From a virus, in IMG/VR virus record IMGVR_UViG_3300045241_000217, positions 45,171 through 109,170 of that record: a stretch of DNA of 64,000 nt. The stretch is one strand, 5' to 3'. Within the stretch, counting starts at the first letter, position 1. The number at the start of each line of letters is the position of its first letter. Both the position numbers and the translations under genes were made by a program. The notes under the pieces are model-generated. The model worked only from the letters and a program-made list of their open reading frames with translations, was not told the origin of the DNA and made no database searches. Below, in pieces: positions 63,959 to 64,000 of the stretch.

Positions 63959-64000
63959 CGGCCTGACCGATCGAGCGAGGAGCGGGTCGCTCGGATAGAG

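Noticed and set aside
1-64000. Integrase, transposase, reverse transcriptase/DGR, rRNA
   Set aside because: No corresponding motifs recognised anywhere in the window.

Overview
High-GC segment of a large tailed-phage genome: a contractile-tail myovirus whose virion gene order resembles SPO1/Twort-like (Herelleviridae-type) phages. Almost all real genes lie on the minus strand. Read right to left they are small early-type ORFs (including a solo GroES and an S4-like protein), terminase large subunit, about 15 kb of giant head-cargo polyvalent proteins (LPD1/zincin, ParB-like), portal, MuF-zincin, pyrophosphatase-like protein, prohead protease, scaffold, major capsid, fibre protein, lysis genes, neck proteins, tail sheath, tail tube, tail chaperones and the start of the tape measure. 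Several islets are inserted on the plus strand: a queC-queD-dpdA-like DNA-modification operon, a PAPS-reductase-family gene and three of the six HNH homing endonuclease genes. The most notable islet is a solo Cas7/RAMP-like gene (1938-2564) followed by about 500 nt of non-coding sequence. That sequence contains three tracts of 5-nt NGY-NN units, each ending in CAAGG, separated by two tRNA-like structures. It is a candidate non-CRISPR RNA-guided system. All calls come from motif recognition by eye; no database search was run.
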